From: Candidatus Eiseniibacteriota bacterium
GTDB taxonomy: Bacteria > Joyebacterota > Joyebacteria > Joyebacterales > Joyebacteraceae
NCBI GenBank assembly: GCA_043819135.1
Contig: JBDRFG010000074.1
Location: 1 to 48,371, forward strand
Reading direction: 5' to 3'
DNA: 48,371 bases
Part shown: positions 8,388 to 17,403 of the stretch, piece after piece
Numbering within the stretch: the stretch's first letter is position 1
Layout: the number at the start of each line of letters is the position of its first letter
Notes under the pieces: model-generated
What the model was told of the DNA's origin: nothing
The model's database searches: none
Seen by the model: the letters and a program-made list of their open reading frames with translations, nothing else
Program-made: the position numbers and the translations under genes

Positions 8388-10886
8388 TCAGGGCGCACCG
8401 CGATCGAGGGCGGCGCGCGCGGGCGAGTGACCCGGATCGATCTCGAGCGCGAGGAGGTACTGCCTCCTCGCTTCGTTTGTACGGCCCAGGGCATCGAGGG
8501 TGAGGCCGCGATTGTAGTGCGGCTCCGGGGCTCTCGGGTTCTGGCGAAGCGCCTCATCGATGGCGTCGAGCGATTCCCGGTGGCGACCCGCCAAGCGAAG
8601 AGCCGCGCCCAGGTTGTTCCAGTAGACCGCGCTCTCTGGGTCGAGCCGTACCGCTTCTTCGAGCTGCCGCACGGCGGGGTCCGCCTCCCTCACCGCGGCG
8701 TGAAACCGGCCCAGGGCGTCGCGCGCCTCCGCGGACGAGGGCCGGCGCATGACGGCCGTCTCATAGTGCGCTCGCGCTTCGGGCGTGCGTCCCGCAGCCA
8801 TGAGCGCGTCCCCGAGTCGCAGGCGCACGGGGACGTCTGGCCGCCCCAGCATCAGCGCGCTCTCGAACGCGCGAGCCGCCGACTGTGGGTCCCCCTTGTC
8901 CAGATAGTGCTCGCCCAGCACGGAGTGGAAGACCCCCGATCTCACGCCCTCGCGTACGGCCTCCCGCATCAGCCACTCCGCCGAGTCGACGCGTCCCGCC
9001 CTGGATTCCGCCCTGGTTAGGTACTCGAGCGCGATGGGAGACGACCGGTCGAGGTCCGCCGCGTGCGCGAGGTAGGGCAGGGCCTCCCGGTAGCGTCCCT
9101 GCTCGAAGAGCGTGGCGCCCGCGCGCAGCTGCACGTCGGGGTCATCCTCGAACACGCGAGCGGCCTCGGTGAACCCGACGGACGCGCTCGCCCAGTCGCC
9201 CCACGCCTCGGCCGTGCTCGCCCTGAACTCGGACGCCCTGGCCTCAAGGGCGCTGCCGGAGCTAGTTGTCCGCTCCAGCAGAGGTTCTATGTTGGAGAGC
9301 GCGACGAACGCCACGGCCGCGGTGAAGATGAGGCAAAGCGCGAGCAGAAGCTCGGCCAGCCGCGGCCTCCTCCAGACGAACACCATCGCGGCGCTCGCGA
9401 GCCCCAGGAGAATTGAGGGGACGGTGAGTACTCGATACGGCATGAGCACCGCGACAGAGAGGTACCCGAGGAACACGAGCACCGCGACGCCGACCCTGCC
9501 CGCCGCGGGCCCGAGGAGCACGGGCAGCGTCCACACCCCCGTGGCTTCGTCGCCGTCGACGTCTTTGAGGTCCTTCGCGGCAAACCCGAGACCGAACGAC
9601 AGCACGATGACCCAGGCGAGCGGGGAGGGGAAGAGCGCAAGCGCGCGCTCCTCCGCGTAGACCGAGAAGCCGACGAGGCACGCCGTGAGCGACACGAGGC
9701 CCAGGGCCAGGCTCGACACTAGCGGGAAGCGCTTGAGCCGCAGCGGCGGCGCCGAGTACACGAACGACACTATCAGCGCGAGCGCCATGAAGAGGAAGGT
9801 CGAGTACTTGACGTTGAGCGCATAGAGCAGCGCGGCCGCCGAGAACACGAGCGCCTGTCCGGTGAGGTCGCGCCGCGTCAGCGTGCCCTCGACGAGCGGA
9901 CGTCTCTCACCGGCGACGCGGTCGCCCTCCTCGTCGAACAGGTCGTTGACAGCGACCGACGCCTGGAACGCGCAGAACGTGGCGAGGCATGCGGCGAGCA
10001 TACCCAGCATGTCACCGGCCCCCGCGAACTCCACGCCGTACCGCGAGAAGAGCGTCCAGCCGAACGCGATGCCGAAGGACACAAGTCCCAGGTAGTGGAG
10101 CGCCCGGAGCGGTCGGATACTCCGCCACAGGGCCACAGATTTCTCGGGCGCGTGTCGCCTGTATGCGAACCACCCGAGCACGGATGAAGTCAGCAGGAAC
10201 AGGAGCGCGAGCTTCCTGCTCTCGTCCGCGACGATCCCGCCCGCCTTGAAGGCCGAGAAGTACGCGAATTCCGCGGAGGCGGCGGCCCGGGCGAACGCGA
10301 GCGAGCCTCGGGCGAACAGGCTGGGCAGAACGCCGTGCAGCGCCAGCGCAACGTAGATGGCGAGAAATCCCACCGTCGCCTTCGCCCAGCTTCTCGTCTT
10401 GAGCCTTACGTAGGCGGCTGCCAGCAGGCACGCGCCCAGTATCTCCACTCGCTGTCCGGGCGAGATGCTCTCGAAGGAGGCCCGCGGGTCGAAGAAGCGC
10501 AGCACGACCGGTCTCAGGTCGAGCACGTAGGTGATCTTCATGCCCTCACCCGAGGTGAGCATGTAGTCGAGCACGGGCGGCAGCAGCAGGAGCGCCCACG
10601 CCGGGGTCATGACCCTAATGACCGCCCCGACACGCTCCCGGGTGAGCGCGGAGAGTATCAGTGCGAAGGAGAGGAACAGGCTTGTGTAGAAGAGCGCGAA
10701 GTGGTCGAGCACCATCAGGGAGGACGGGGAGGTGAAGTAGACGAAGCCTATGGCACCGTTCGGCCCGAGCGCGCCTTCCAGAAGGTTGCGCGCAAGGACC
10801 ATCGCGAGGAACGTCGCGGCGACGTATCCCCACGGCAGTGGCGAACGCTCGGCGTCCTCGATGATGCCGGTCAGGTTTCTCGTCAC
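8388..10886 (-). CDS. Fusion of an N-terminal multi-TM domain, a UbiA-family prenyltransferase and a C-terminal TPR array
   Basis: UbiA Asp-rich motifs NDLFDEEGD (9947-9921) and KDLKDVDGD (9575-9549), plus YSAPPLRLKR. The C-terminal ~280 aa are TPRs (e.g. YWNNLGAAL, HYNRGLTL, ALEIDP). Start is probably GTG 10886 (track: 10943). Confidence 0.85.
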   Translation of the reverse strand: MTRNLTGIIEDAERSPLPWGYVAATFLAMVLARNLLEGALGPNGAIGFVYFTSPSSLMVLDHFALFYTSLFLSFALILSALTRERVGAVIRVMTPAWALLLLPPVLDYMLTSGEGMKITYVLDLRPVVLRFFDPRASFESISPGQRVEILGACLLAAAYVRLKTRSWAKATVGFLAIYVALALHGVLPSLFARGSLAFARAAASAEFAYFSAFKAGGIVADESRKLALLFLLTSSVLGWFAYRRHAPEKSVALWRSIRPLRALHYLGLVSFGIAFGWTLFSRYGVEFAGAGDMLGMLAACLATFCAFQASVAVNDLFDEEGDRVAGERRPLVEGTLTRRDLTGQALVFSAAALLYALNVKYSTFLFMALALIVSFVYSAPPLRLKRFPLVSSLALGLVSLTACLVGFSVYAEERALALFPSPLAWVIVLSFGLGFAAKDLKDVDGDEATGVWTLPVLLGPAAGRVGVAVLVFLGYLSVAVLMPYRVLTVPSILLGLASAAMVFVWRRPRLAELLLALCLIFTAAVAFVALSNIEPLLERTTSSGSALEARASEFRASTAEAWGDWASASVGFTEAARVFEDDPDVQLRAGATLFEQGRYREALPYLAHAADLDRSSPIALEYLTRAESRAGRVDSAEWLMREAVREGVRSGVFHSVLGEHYLDKGDPQSAARAFESALMLGRPDVPVRLRLGDALMAAGRTPEARAHYETAVMRRPSSAEARDALGRFHAAVREADPAVRQLEEAVRLDPESAVYWNNLGAALRLAGRHRESLDAIDEALRQNPRAPEPHYNRGLTLDALGRTNEARRQYLLALEIDPGHSPARAALDRGAP

Positions 10887-10951
10887 GCTCGGGCGCTCCG
10901 GTGTACGGGGTAGCCGCTGCGAAGTCCCGCGACTGCACGGCACTGCAGGCC

Positions 10952-10960
10952 ATTATACCA
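10952..10960 (-). promoter_or_regulatory. Extended -10 promoter element for the UbiA-TPR gene
   Basis: Minus strand reads TGGTATAAT about 65 nt upstream of GTG 10886. Confidence 0.5.
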
Positions 10961-11003
10961 GCAACGCCGGCGACGTCCACACCGCCCTGCACGGAATCGA
11001 AGC

Positions 11004-11033
11004 TTGACAGCCCGTCCCGTGTGCGCCTATCGT
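11004..11033 (+). promoter_or_regulatory. sigma70 promoter for the CTD-protein/fibre gene pair
   Basis: TTGACA-18 nt-TATCGT. Confidence 0.5.
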
Positions 11034-11145
11034 GCCTCGTGTCGTGGGTTTGCACTGAGTGGCGGTACCTGGGATGTGGCGGATCAGGCTCCGTGAACAA
11101 TCGAGTCGTCTGCATCTGATACCGCACATGCGGAAGGGGGAAGCC

Positions 11146-11943
11146 GTGAAGGTGAAATGCGTCTTGATGGCGCTGGCCGTTCTTCTCGTGTTCGCACTGT
11201 CGGCGGGCGCCGCGTTCGAGCTTCGGACGTGGGCCACGACAGCCGCGGCACCTGCGGACGGCGGGTCTCACACGACCTCGGCCAGCTTCGAGATGGTCTC
11301 CCGGCTGGGCGGGCCGTTCGTGGGCACCGCACAGAGCGCTTCGTTCTCGCTCTGGGGTTGCAGCGTCACTCCGGTCGAAGGGGCGTTCGTGGCCACTGAG
11401 ACCGACCCGCTCACTGTGACTCTGAGATGGACCGTAGAGTCGCTTGGGGGCATCTCGGGCTTCAACGTCTACAGGGCGCTGACCGAGGAGGGTCCTTACG
11501 AGCGGTTGAACGAGGACCTTCTCCCGCCGCTCTCACCGGGCGTCTACGAGGACACCACGGTGTGGCCGGGCTCGGCGTTCTGGTATGAACTCCGCGGAGT
11601 CCACGGAGACGATTACGAGGACATCGTCGGCGAGCCGATCATGCTGCTCACGGGCGGCACGCTCGTCACGCGGCTGTACAACGCCAGTCCGAATCCGTTC
11701 CGTGACGGTACGGTGATTCAGCTTGACGTCGCATCGGCGTCACGGGGCGTCAGTCTCAGGATCTACGATATCACCGGGCGCGTCGTGAGGGCGCTCGACA
11801 CGGACAACGTGCGGTCGGGTCGCTACCAGGTGACCTGGGACGGCACGAACGACCGCGGCCAGCGAGTGGCGTCGGGCGTGTACTTCTTGTCGCTGGAGGC
11901 AGCGGGTGTGCGCGAGACCGGCAGGCTGGTCTACCTGAGGTAG
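11146..11943 (+). CDS. Secreted protein with FN3-like domain and C-terminal FlgD-Ig / T9SS-type-A-like sorting domain
   Basis: Signal peptide; VTLRW..GFNVYR..YEDTTV..WYEL (FN3-like); C-terminal PNPF..IYDITGRVVRAL..WDGTND.GQRVASGVYF. GTG 11146 follows a GGGGGAAG RBS-like sequence. Confidence 0.8.
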   Translation: MKVKCVLMALAVLLVFALSAGAAFELRTWATTAAAPADGGSHTTSASFEMVSRLGGPFVGTAQSASFSLWGCSVTPVEGAFVATETDPLTVTLRWTVESLGGISGFNVYRALTEEGPYERLNEDLLPPLSPGVYEDTTVWPGSAFWYELRGVHGDDYEDIVGEPIMLLTGGTLVTRLYNASPNPFRDGTVIQLDVASASRGVSLRIYDITGRVVRALDTDNVRSGRYQVTWDGTNDRGQRVASGVYFLSLEAAGVRETGRLVYLR

Positions 11944-11998
11944 TGTTCGTCCGGAGCGTTCGAACGCAAGGGTTGAAGCAACCAAGGAGGGCACGGGG

Positions 11999-13351
11999 AT
12001 GTCAACGAAGACTGTCATCAGTGCAGCGGCGATTGCGGTTCTTGCTCTGGCGCTGGGTCTTGCCGGGACCGCGGGAGCGCGTTCGATGGAACTCGGTGAT
12101 GGAGCCATGTTCGGGGACGAGAGCACTCTGCGGGACATACAGGAGACCATCTGGTTCCAGGGCTTCGTGGGGGACGCCGGCACCGGGGAACCGGTCAACG
12201 CGACCTACACCGTCACCGCCAGGATGTACGACGCCGAGTCCGGAGGTGCGTCCGTCTGGGGCCCGGAAACGCACGTGGCCACGACAATCACGGACGGCTG
12301 GTTCAACATCGAACTGGGCAACGTGATCGGCGGCCTTCCCGCGTTCGACACGCCGCCCTACTATCTTCAGCTGACGATCGATGGGGAGTTGCTCTCACCG
12401 AGGCTCAAGCTCGCGAGTGTGCCGTCGGCGTTCCAGTCGCTTGGTGCCGACAACGGGCTCAACCTGCCGTACAGCGGGACCCATGGGACCAGCGGCAACG
12501 CATTCCAGATCACGAACACTGGACCCAACATCTGCGGCTACTTCCTCACCAACAACGCCGGCAGCACGGCGGCCTCGCTCTACGGCGCGCACAACGGGCC
12601 GGGGTCCGCGGTCCTCGGGTGGCACACCGGGACCGGCCCCGCCATCAAAGGCGTGGCTAACGGCTCGGGTTACGCCGGCCTGTTCGACGGCGCGGTGAGC
12701 GTCGGCGACAGCCTGACCGTCAACGGCATGCTCTACGCGAGGAACAACGCTATCGTGCCGGACACGCTCATGGTTGGTGAGGGCTTCTGGTTCGCGAAGA
12801 ACCCCGTTGAAGGCTACGTGCTCAGGTGTGCCGACTCGTGGGGCAACGCGGAGTGGGGTCCGCCGAACGTCATGGACTCGAACAAGTCGACGGGTTACGC
12901 GGATCTCTCAGGAGGGGGATACGTGAATCCGACTGGCGCACAGGTGTCGCTAGCGGTGCCGGGTCCCGGCTATATCATCGTCGAGTCGCGCGTGTGGTTC
13001 GCTCTCGATCACGTGGCCGGCACGGCGGACAAGCTCCGTATGATGCACTCGACGTCCCCCAGCAGCTTCTCGGGGTTGAACTCCGACATGTTCTTCTGGG
13101 AGGATCCAGCGATTCTCGGTACCACGACCGACCTCGACCGGACGGTTCACGTGTCCAACACCTACGAGATAACGAGCAGTGGGACGTACACCTACTACCT
13201 GGTCGCACAGATGACATCGGGAGCCAGCGTCGATGACGGCATACCCTACGCACAGACGACGGGCACCTACTACCCCTACCCGATCATTACACGGGCGGCG
13301 TCCGACGGCGGGACGGGGTTCCCGACGACTGGTGACGCGGCGCCTCACTAG
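11999..13351 (+). CDS. Secreted fibre/adhesin-like protein (tail-fibre-like repeats, beta-sandwich head)
   Basis: Signal peptide AGA|R; N-domain FQG..G.P..MYDA.SGG..W..E..GWFNIELG..SPR..VPSA; ~11-aa Gly-rich repeats; GYVL..GNAEW motif; C-terminal beta-rich domain. RBS AAGGAGG. Confidence 0.65.
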   Translation: MSTKTVISAAAIAVLALALGLAGTAGARSMELGDGAMFGDESTLRDIQETIWFQGFVGDAGTGEPVNATYTVTARMYDAESGGASVWGPETHVATTITDGWFNIELGNVIGGLPAFDTPPYYLQLTIDGELLSPRLKLASVPSAFQSLGADNGLNLPYSGTHGTSGNAFQITNTGPNICGYFLTNNAGSTAASLYGAHNGPGSAVLGWHTGTGPAIKGVANGSGYAGLFDGAVSVGDSLTVNGMLYARNNAIVPDTLMVGEGFWFAKNPVEGYVLRCADSWGNAEWGPPNVMDSNKSTGYADLSGGGYVNPTGAQVSLAVPGPGYIIVESRVWFALDHVAGTADKLRMMHSTSPSSFSGLNSDMFFWEDPAILGTTTDLDRTVHVSNTYEITSSGTYTYYLVAQMTSGASVDDGIPYAQTTGTYYPYPIITRAASDGGTGFPTTGDAAPH

Positions 13352-13394
13352 TGCAGTTCAGTTGACTCGCCACGCTGCACGGGGAGCCACTCCG

Positions 13395-13432
13395 AGCCCG
13401 GCCGGCACCAGTTGCCGGCCGGGCTTCTGTCT
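13395..13432 (+). terminator. Rho-independent terminator-like hairpin after the fibre gene
   Basis: AGCCCGGCCGGCA-CCAGT-TGCCGGCCGGGCT forms a perfect 13-bp stem, followed by TCTGTCT. Confidence 0.65.
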
Positions 13433-13488
13433 GGCGGGATGGCCATTGGCGCTGCGCGCCCCGGGATGCCCGAGTGGCCCCTTTCCGC

Positions 13489-13518
13489 TTGACACTCCGC
13501 GAATTCGCAGGATACGCT
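13489..13518 (+). promoter_or_regulatory. sigma70 promoter of the dapL-fol-pan operon
   Basis: TTGACA-18 nt-TACGCT. Confidence 0.55.
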
Positions 13519-13546
13519 CGCGTCGCGCCAGAGGCGCCTTTTCCCC

Positions 13547-13555
13547 TGTGGATAA
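13547..13555 (-). promoter_or_regulatory. Consensus DnaA box
   Basis: TGTGGATAA on + equals TTATCCACA on -, lying between the promoter and the dapL start. Confidence 0.4.
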
Positions 13556-13576
13556 CCCCTTATGGAAACCGGGACG

Positions 13577-14740
13577 ATGAACCGAATCGAACGTTCGAAG
13601 CGGCTGGACAAGCTCCCGCCGTACCTGTTCGTCGAGATAGACCGCGTCAAGAACGAGCTTGCGGCGGCGGGCAAGGACGTCGTCGACCTGGGCATCGGTG
13701 ACCCGGACCTCCCGACCTTCCCGGAGATCGTGTCGGCGCTCCAGGAGGCAGCCGCGGACCCCGCGACGCACCGGTACCCGCTTCAGCGCGGGCTGCCATC
13801 CTTCAAGGCGGCCATCGCGCGGTGGTATGAGGCGCGCTACGGCGTGTCGCTCGATCCCGCGCGCGAGGTCCTGCCGCTTATCGGGACAAAGGAGGGGATA
13901 GGCCACCTGCCGCTGGCCGTGATGGACGCGGACGACATCGCGCTCATCCCGGACCCTGCGTTCCCCATATATCCTGCCGCCACCTGGCTGGCCGGCGCCG
14001 AAGTGCGTCGCATCCCACTCGAGTCTGAGAGCGGCTTCCTGCCCGACCTCAAGTCGCTCCGCGCGAGCGAACTGGACCGCGCCCGCCTGCTCTTCCTCAA
14101 CTACCCGAACAACCCGACCGGCGCAGTGGCTGACGTCGCGTTCTTCCAGGGCGCCGTCGACTTCGCCCGCGACAACGGGCTCATCGTGCTCAACGACGCC
14201 GCCTACTCCGAGGTCGTCTACGACGGCCCGCGCGTGTCCATGCTCCAGGCCGAGGGAGCGAAGGACGTGGGCATAGAGTTCCACTCCTTCTCGAAAACGT
14301 TCAACATGACCGGCTGGCGGCTGGGCTTCGCCATCGGCAATCCGGACGTGCTTGAGGCGCTCGCCACCGTCAAGGACAACATCGACTCGTGCGTCTTCAC
14401 GGCCATCCAGCGCGCGGGGGAGGCGGCGCTTGCGCTCCCCGAGAGCCGGCTCGCGGAGCAGGTCGAGATCTACCGCCGCCGCCGCGACGTGCTGGTCGAC
14501 GGCCTGCGCAAGGTCGGCTGGAACGTACCGAGGCCAGAGGCCACCTTCTACGTCTGGGCGCGCATCCCGACGGCCGAGCGTTCTCAGGAGTTCTCGGGGA
14601 GGCTGCTCGAGCGTGGACAAGTGGTGACGACGCCCGGTGTAGGGTTCGGTGAGGGTGGAGACCGCTACATCCGCATGGCGCTCACGACAACCGAGGACCG
14701 CATCGCCGAGGCGGTTGCCAGGATTACGAGAATGCTGTAG
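13577..14740 (+). CDS. dapL: LL-diaminopimelate aminotransferase (class I/II PLP aminotransferase)
   Basis: Motifs LPPYLF, DLGIGDPDLPT, LIGTKEGI, LNYPNNPTGA, DAAY and EFHSFSKTFNMTGWRLG (PLP lysine). Alternative start 13562. Confidence 0.85.
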   Translation: MNRIERSKRLDKLPPYLFVEIDRVKNELAAAGKDVVDLGIGDPDLPTFPEIVSALQEAAADPATHRYPLQRGLPSFKAAIARWYEARYGVSLDPAREVLPLIGTKEGIGHLPLAVMDADDIALIPDPAFPIYPAATWLAGAEVRRIPLESESGFLPDLKSLRASELDRARLLFLNYPNNPTGAVADVAFFQGAVDFARDNGLIVLNDAAYSEVVYDGPRVSMLQAEGAKDVGIEFHSFSKTFNMTGWRLGFAIGNPDVLEALATVKDNIDSCVFTAIQRAGEAALALPESRLAEQVEIYRRRRDVLVDGLRKVGWNVPRPEATFYVWARIPTAERSQEFSGRLLERGQVVTTPGVGFGEGGDRYIRMALTTTEDRIAEAVARITRML

Positions 14741-14839
14741 GGTCTGGGCGCGTCGTGCCGGAGCACACCGGCGCAGCGGACACGCAGGTGCGCCCCGCGT
14801 TGGCGCGGAACCGAATGTCAGGAACCAGGAGCGTGAACC

Positions 14840-15202
14840 ATGTCCGAGTATAGGATTTCGCTCGAGAACATAAGGCTCTACGGTTATCACGGCGCGTCCG
14901 AGAACGAGCGCGAGTTGGGACAGCGGTTCGAGATCGACGTCGAGATAATCGCGGACCTCTCAGAGGCGGTCGCCACCGACGACATGAAGAAGACCGTCGA
15001 CTACGAGAAGGTCTACAGGCTCGTGGAATCTGAGGTCGTCAATCAGAAGTACCACCTCCTGGAGACCATGGCAGACAAGATCGCGCGCGACGTGCTGAGA
15101 GACTTCGGGGCGCTTGAGGTGGTCGTGAGGATACGGAAACCGAGCGTTCCAATAGCCGGCTCGATAGACCACGTAGAGGTTGAGGTGGTCCACTCGCGCT
15201 AG
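14840..15202 (+). CDS. folB: Dihydroneopterin aldolase
   Basis: Motifs YGYHG..E..LGQRF.ID, TVDY, LLETMA and IRKP. Confidence 0.95.
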   Translation: MSEYRISLENIRLYGYHGASENERELGQRFEIDVEIIADLSEAVATDDMKKTVDYEKVYRLVESEVVNQKYHLLETMADKIARDVLRDFGALEVVVRIRKPSVPIAGSIDHVEVEVVHSR

Positions 15203-15260
15203 AGCCGCGCCCGGTTCGCGGGTCGCCGCCTGGCGAGGGCGCCGCGCCGGAGGGAGAGCG

Positions 15261-15767
15261 TTGCCCAGAGCGTGGATCGGCATAGGCTCCAACATCGGCG
15301 ACCGGCTGGGCTACATCCGGCGGGCGCTCAATTCGATGGGCAGGCTGCCCGGCACCGAACTCGTGGCCGTCTCGTCTGTCTACGATACACTTCCTGTCGG
15401 CGTCACCGGTCAGCTGCGCTTTCTCAATGCGGTGGCCGAGCTTTCGACCGAGATCGAGCCCGAGGAGCTTCTGAGAGGACTCCTCGCGATCGAGAGGGAG
15501 TGTGGCAGGGTCAGGCAAGGTGTGTGTGATCCGCGGACGCTCGATCTTGACGTGCTTCTCTACGATGAGGTCGTGATGAAGACCGCGGAGCTGACGCTTC
15601 CGCACCCGCGCGCCCGCGGGAGAGCGTTCGTGCTCGTCCCTCTTGCGGAACTCGCGCCCGACCTCGTTCTACCGGGCGGGACCGAGAGCGTGTCGGAACT
15701 TGTCGCTGCGCTCGGCGACGTCGCCGGCGGCGTCCGGTGCGTGGGAGGCCCGCCGACGCCGGCGTAA
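15261..15767 (+). CDS. folK: 2-amino-4-hydroxy-6-hydroxymethyldihydropteridine diphosphokinase
   Basis: Motifs IGIGSNIGD, FLNAV, PRTLDLDVL, LPHPR and RAFVLVPL. TTG start follows the RBS GGAGGGA. Confidence 0.93.
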   Translation: MPRAWIGIGSNIGDRLGYIRRALNSMGRLPGTELVAVSSVYDTLPVGVTGQLRFLNAVAELSTEIEPEELLRGLLAIERECGRVRQGVCDPRTLDLDVLLYDEVVMKTAELTLPHPRARGRAFVLVPLAELAPDLVLPGGTESVSELVAALGDVAGGVRCVGGPPTPA

Positions 15768-15800
15768 CGGAACACTACTCGACAGCAGCGGAGGGGGAAC

Positions 15801-16445
15801 GTGCCCAGGAAGAACTACGTGGCCATCGAAGGCGTCATCGGGGCTGGGAAGACGACCCTGGCGACGCTTCTCGCCAAGGAGTGGGGTGCGCACCTCAAGC
15901 TCGAGGTCGTGGAGGAGAATCCTTTCCTCGTGCAGTTCTACCAGGACATGCGCGGGTTCGCCTTCCAGACGCAGCTCTTCTTCCTGCTGTCGCGTCACCG
16001 CCAGCAGTCCGAGCTCAAGCAGTACGACCTCTTCATGGAGCGCGTGGTCTCGGACTACCTCTTTGCGAAGGACCGCATCTTCGCCAACATCACGCTCGAC
16101 GACAACGAGCTGGCGCTCTACAAACGCCTGGCCGACCTCCTGGAACGCGAGGTGCCGAAGCCCGACATCGTCGTGTATCTCCAGGCCTCTGTCGAGTGTC
16201 TGATGGGGCGCATTCGGAAGCGAGGGCGCGAGTTCGAGCGCGACATGTCGACCGAGTATGTCGAGACGCTCAACGAGGCATACAACTACTTCTTCTTCCA
16301 CTACACGGAAACACCCCTGATCGTCGTCAACACCGACGACATCAACTTCGTGGAGAGCACCGCAGACTTCGAAGAACTGGCGCGGGAGATCGAGGAACAC
16401 GACACGGGGACCACCTACTACGTTCCCATAGGAACTCGAACCTGA
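15801..16445 (+). CDS. Deoxynucleoside kinase (dAK/dGK family)
   Basis: P-loop IEGVIGAGKTT, FQTQLFFLLSR, RIRKRGREFE. Occupies the usual position after folK. Confidence 0.92.
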   Translation: MPRKNYVAIEGVIGAGKTTLATLLAKEWGAHLKLEVVEENPFLVQFYQDMRGFAFQTQLFFLLSRHRQQSELKQYDLFMERVVSDYLFAKDRIFANITLDDNELALYKRLADLLEREVPKPDIVVYLQASVECLMGRIRKRGREFERDMSTEYVETLNEAYNYFFFHYTETPLIVVNTDDINFVESTADFEELAREIEEHDTGTTYYVPIGTRT

Positions 16446-16538
16446 CGCGGCTGAACGTGCAGGCCGCCTCACCTTGCCGGGACGGGCGCCGGGAGCTCCG
16501 ACCCGGCTACGGCGAACCACCCCACAGCGAGAGCAGAC

Positions 16539-17342
16539 ATGGAACGCAAGAAGCGCACGGCCCCTTCGATAGCGGCCATGAAGAAGGCGGGCGAGAAGGT
16601 CGCAGTGCTCACGGCCTACGATTACATGACCGCGAAGCTGGTCGACGCGGCAGGCGTCGACATGATCCTCGTCGGTGATTCCGCCGCAATGGTCGTGCTG
16701 GGCCACGAGAACACGCTGCCCGTTACCCTCGACGAGATGGTAATGCTGACGGCCGCCGTCGCCCGCGCGCGCACTGCCGCGCTGGTCGTCGGCGACATGC
16801 CGTTCATGTCGTATCAGGCGTCCGTCTCCGATGCGGTGCGCGCTGCCGGACGAATGGTCAAGGAGGGCGGCTCCGGGGCCGTAAAGCTGGAGGGGGGCAG
16901 GAAGGTACTCACGAAGATCGAGGGTGTGCTCGACGCGGGGATTCCCGTGATGGGGCACATCGGCCTGACCCCGCAGTCGATTCACGAACTGGGCGGGTAC
17001 CGCGTGCAGGGCAAGAGCGACGAGACTCGCGCACGACTGCTCGACGACGCGCGCGCGCTGGAGGAGACCGGCTGCTTCTCGATGGTGCTCGAGGCCATCC
17101 CCTGGCAGCTTGGGAAGGACATAACCGAGGCCGTGTCGATCCCGACCATCGGGATCGGGGCGGGGCCTCACTGCGACGGCCAGGTGCTCGTCATCAACGA
17201 CATCATCGGGTACACCGACGGGCCGGCCGCCAGGTTCGTCCGCCGCTACGGGGACGCCGGCAAGGTCGTCTCAGAGGCCGCCCTTGGGTTCGTCAGGGAC
17301 GTGAAGTCCGGCGCGTATCCGGACCTCGACGAGAGCTACTAG
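16539..17342 (+). CDS. panB: 3-methyl-2-oxobutanoate hydroxymethyltransferase
   Basis: Motifs LTAYD, ILVGDS, DMPFMSY, VKLEGG, GHIGLTPQS and IGIGAG..CDGQVLV. Confidence 0.97.
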   Translation: MERKKRTAPSIAAMKKAGEKVAVLTAYDYMTAKLVDAAGVDMILVGDSAAMVVLGHENTLPVTLDEMVMLTAAVARARTAALVVGDMPFMSYQASVSDAVRAAGRMVKEGGSGAVKLEGGRKVLTKIEGVLDAGIPVMGHIGLTPQSIHELGGYRVQGKSDETRARLLDDARALEETGCFSMVLEAIPWQLGKDITEAVSIPTIGIGAGPHCDGQVLVINDIIGYTDGPAARFVRRYGDAGKVVSEAALGFVRDVKSGAYPDLDESY

Positions 17343-17403
17343 AGGCGCGACGGTCGAACGAGATGGCCGCGGCACGGCGGCCGGACGGAACGGAGCTACG
17401 GCA

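Noticed and set aside
13547..13555. Replication origin
   Set aside because: Only one DnaA box, no AT-rich unwinding element, and no dnaA/dnaN/gidA context.
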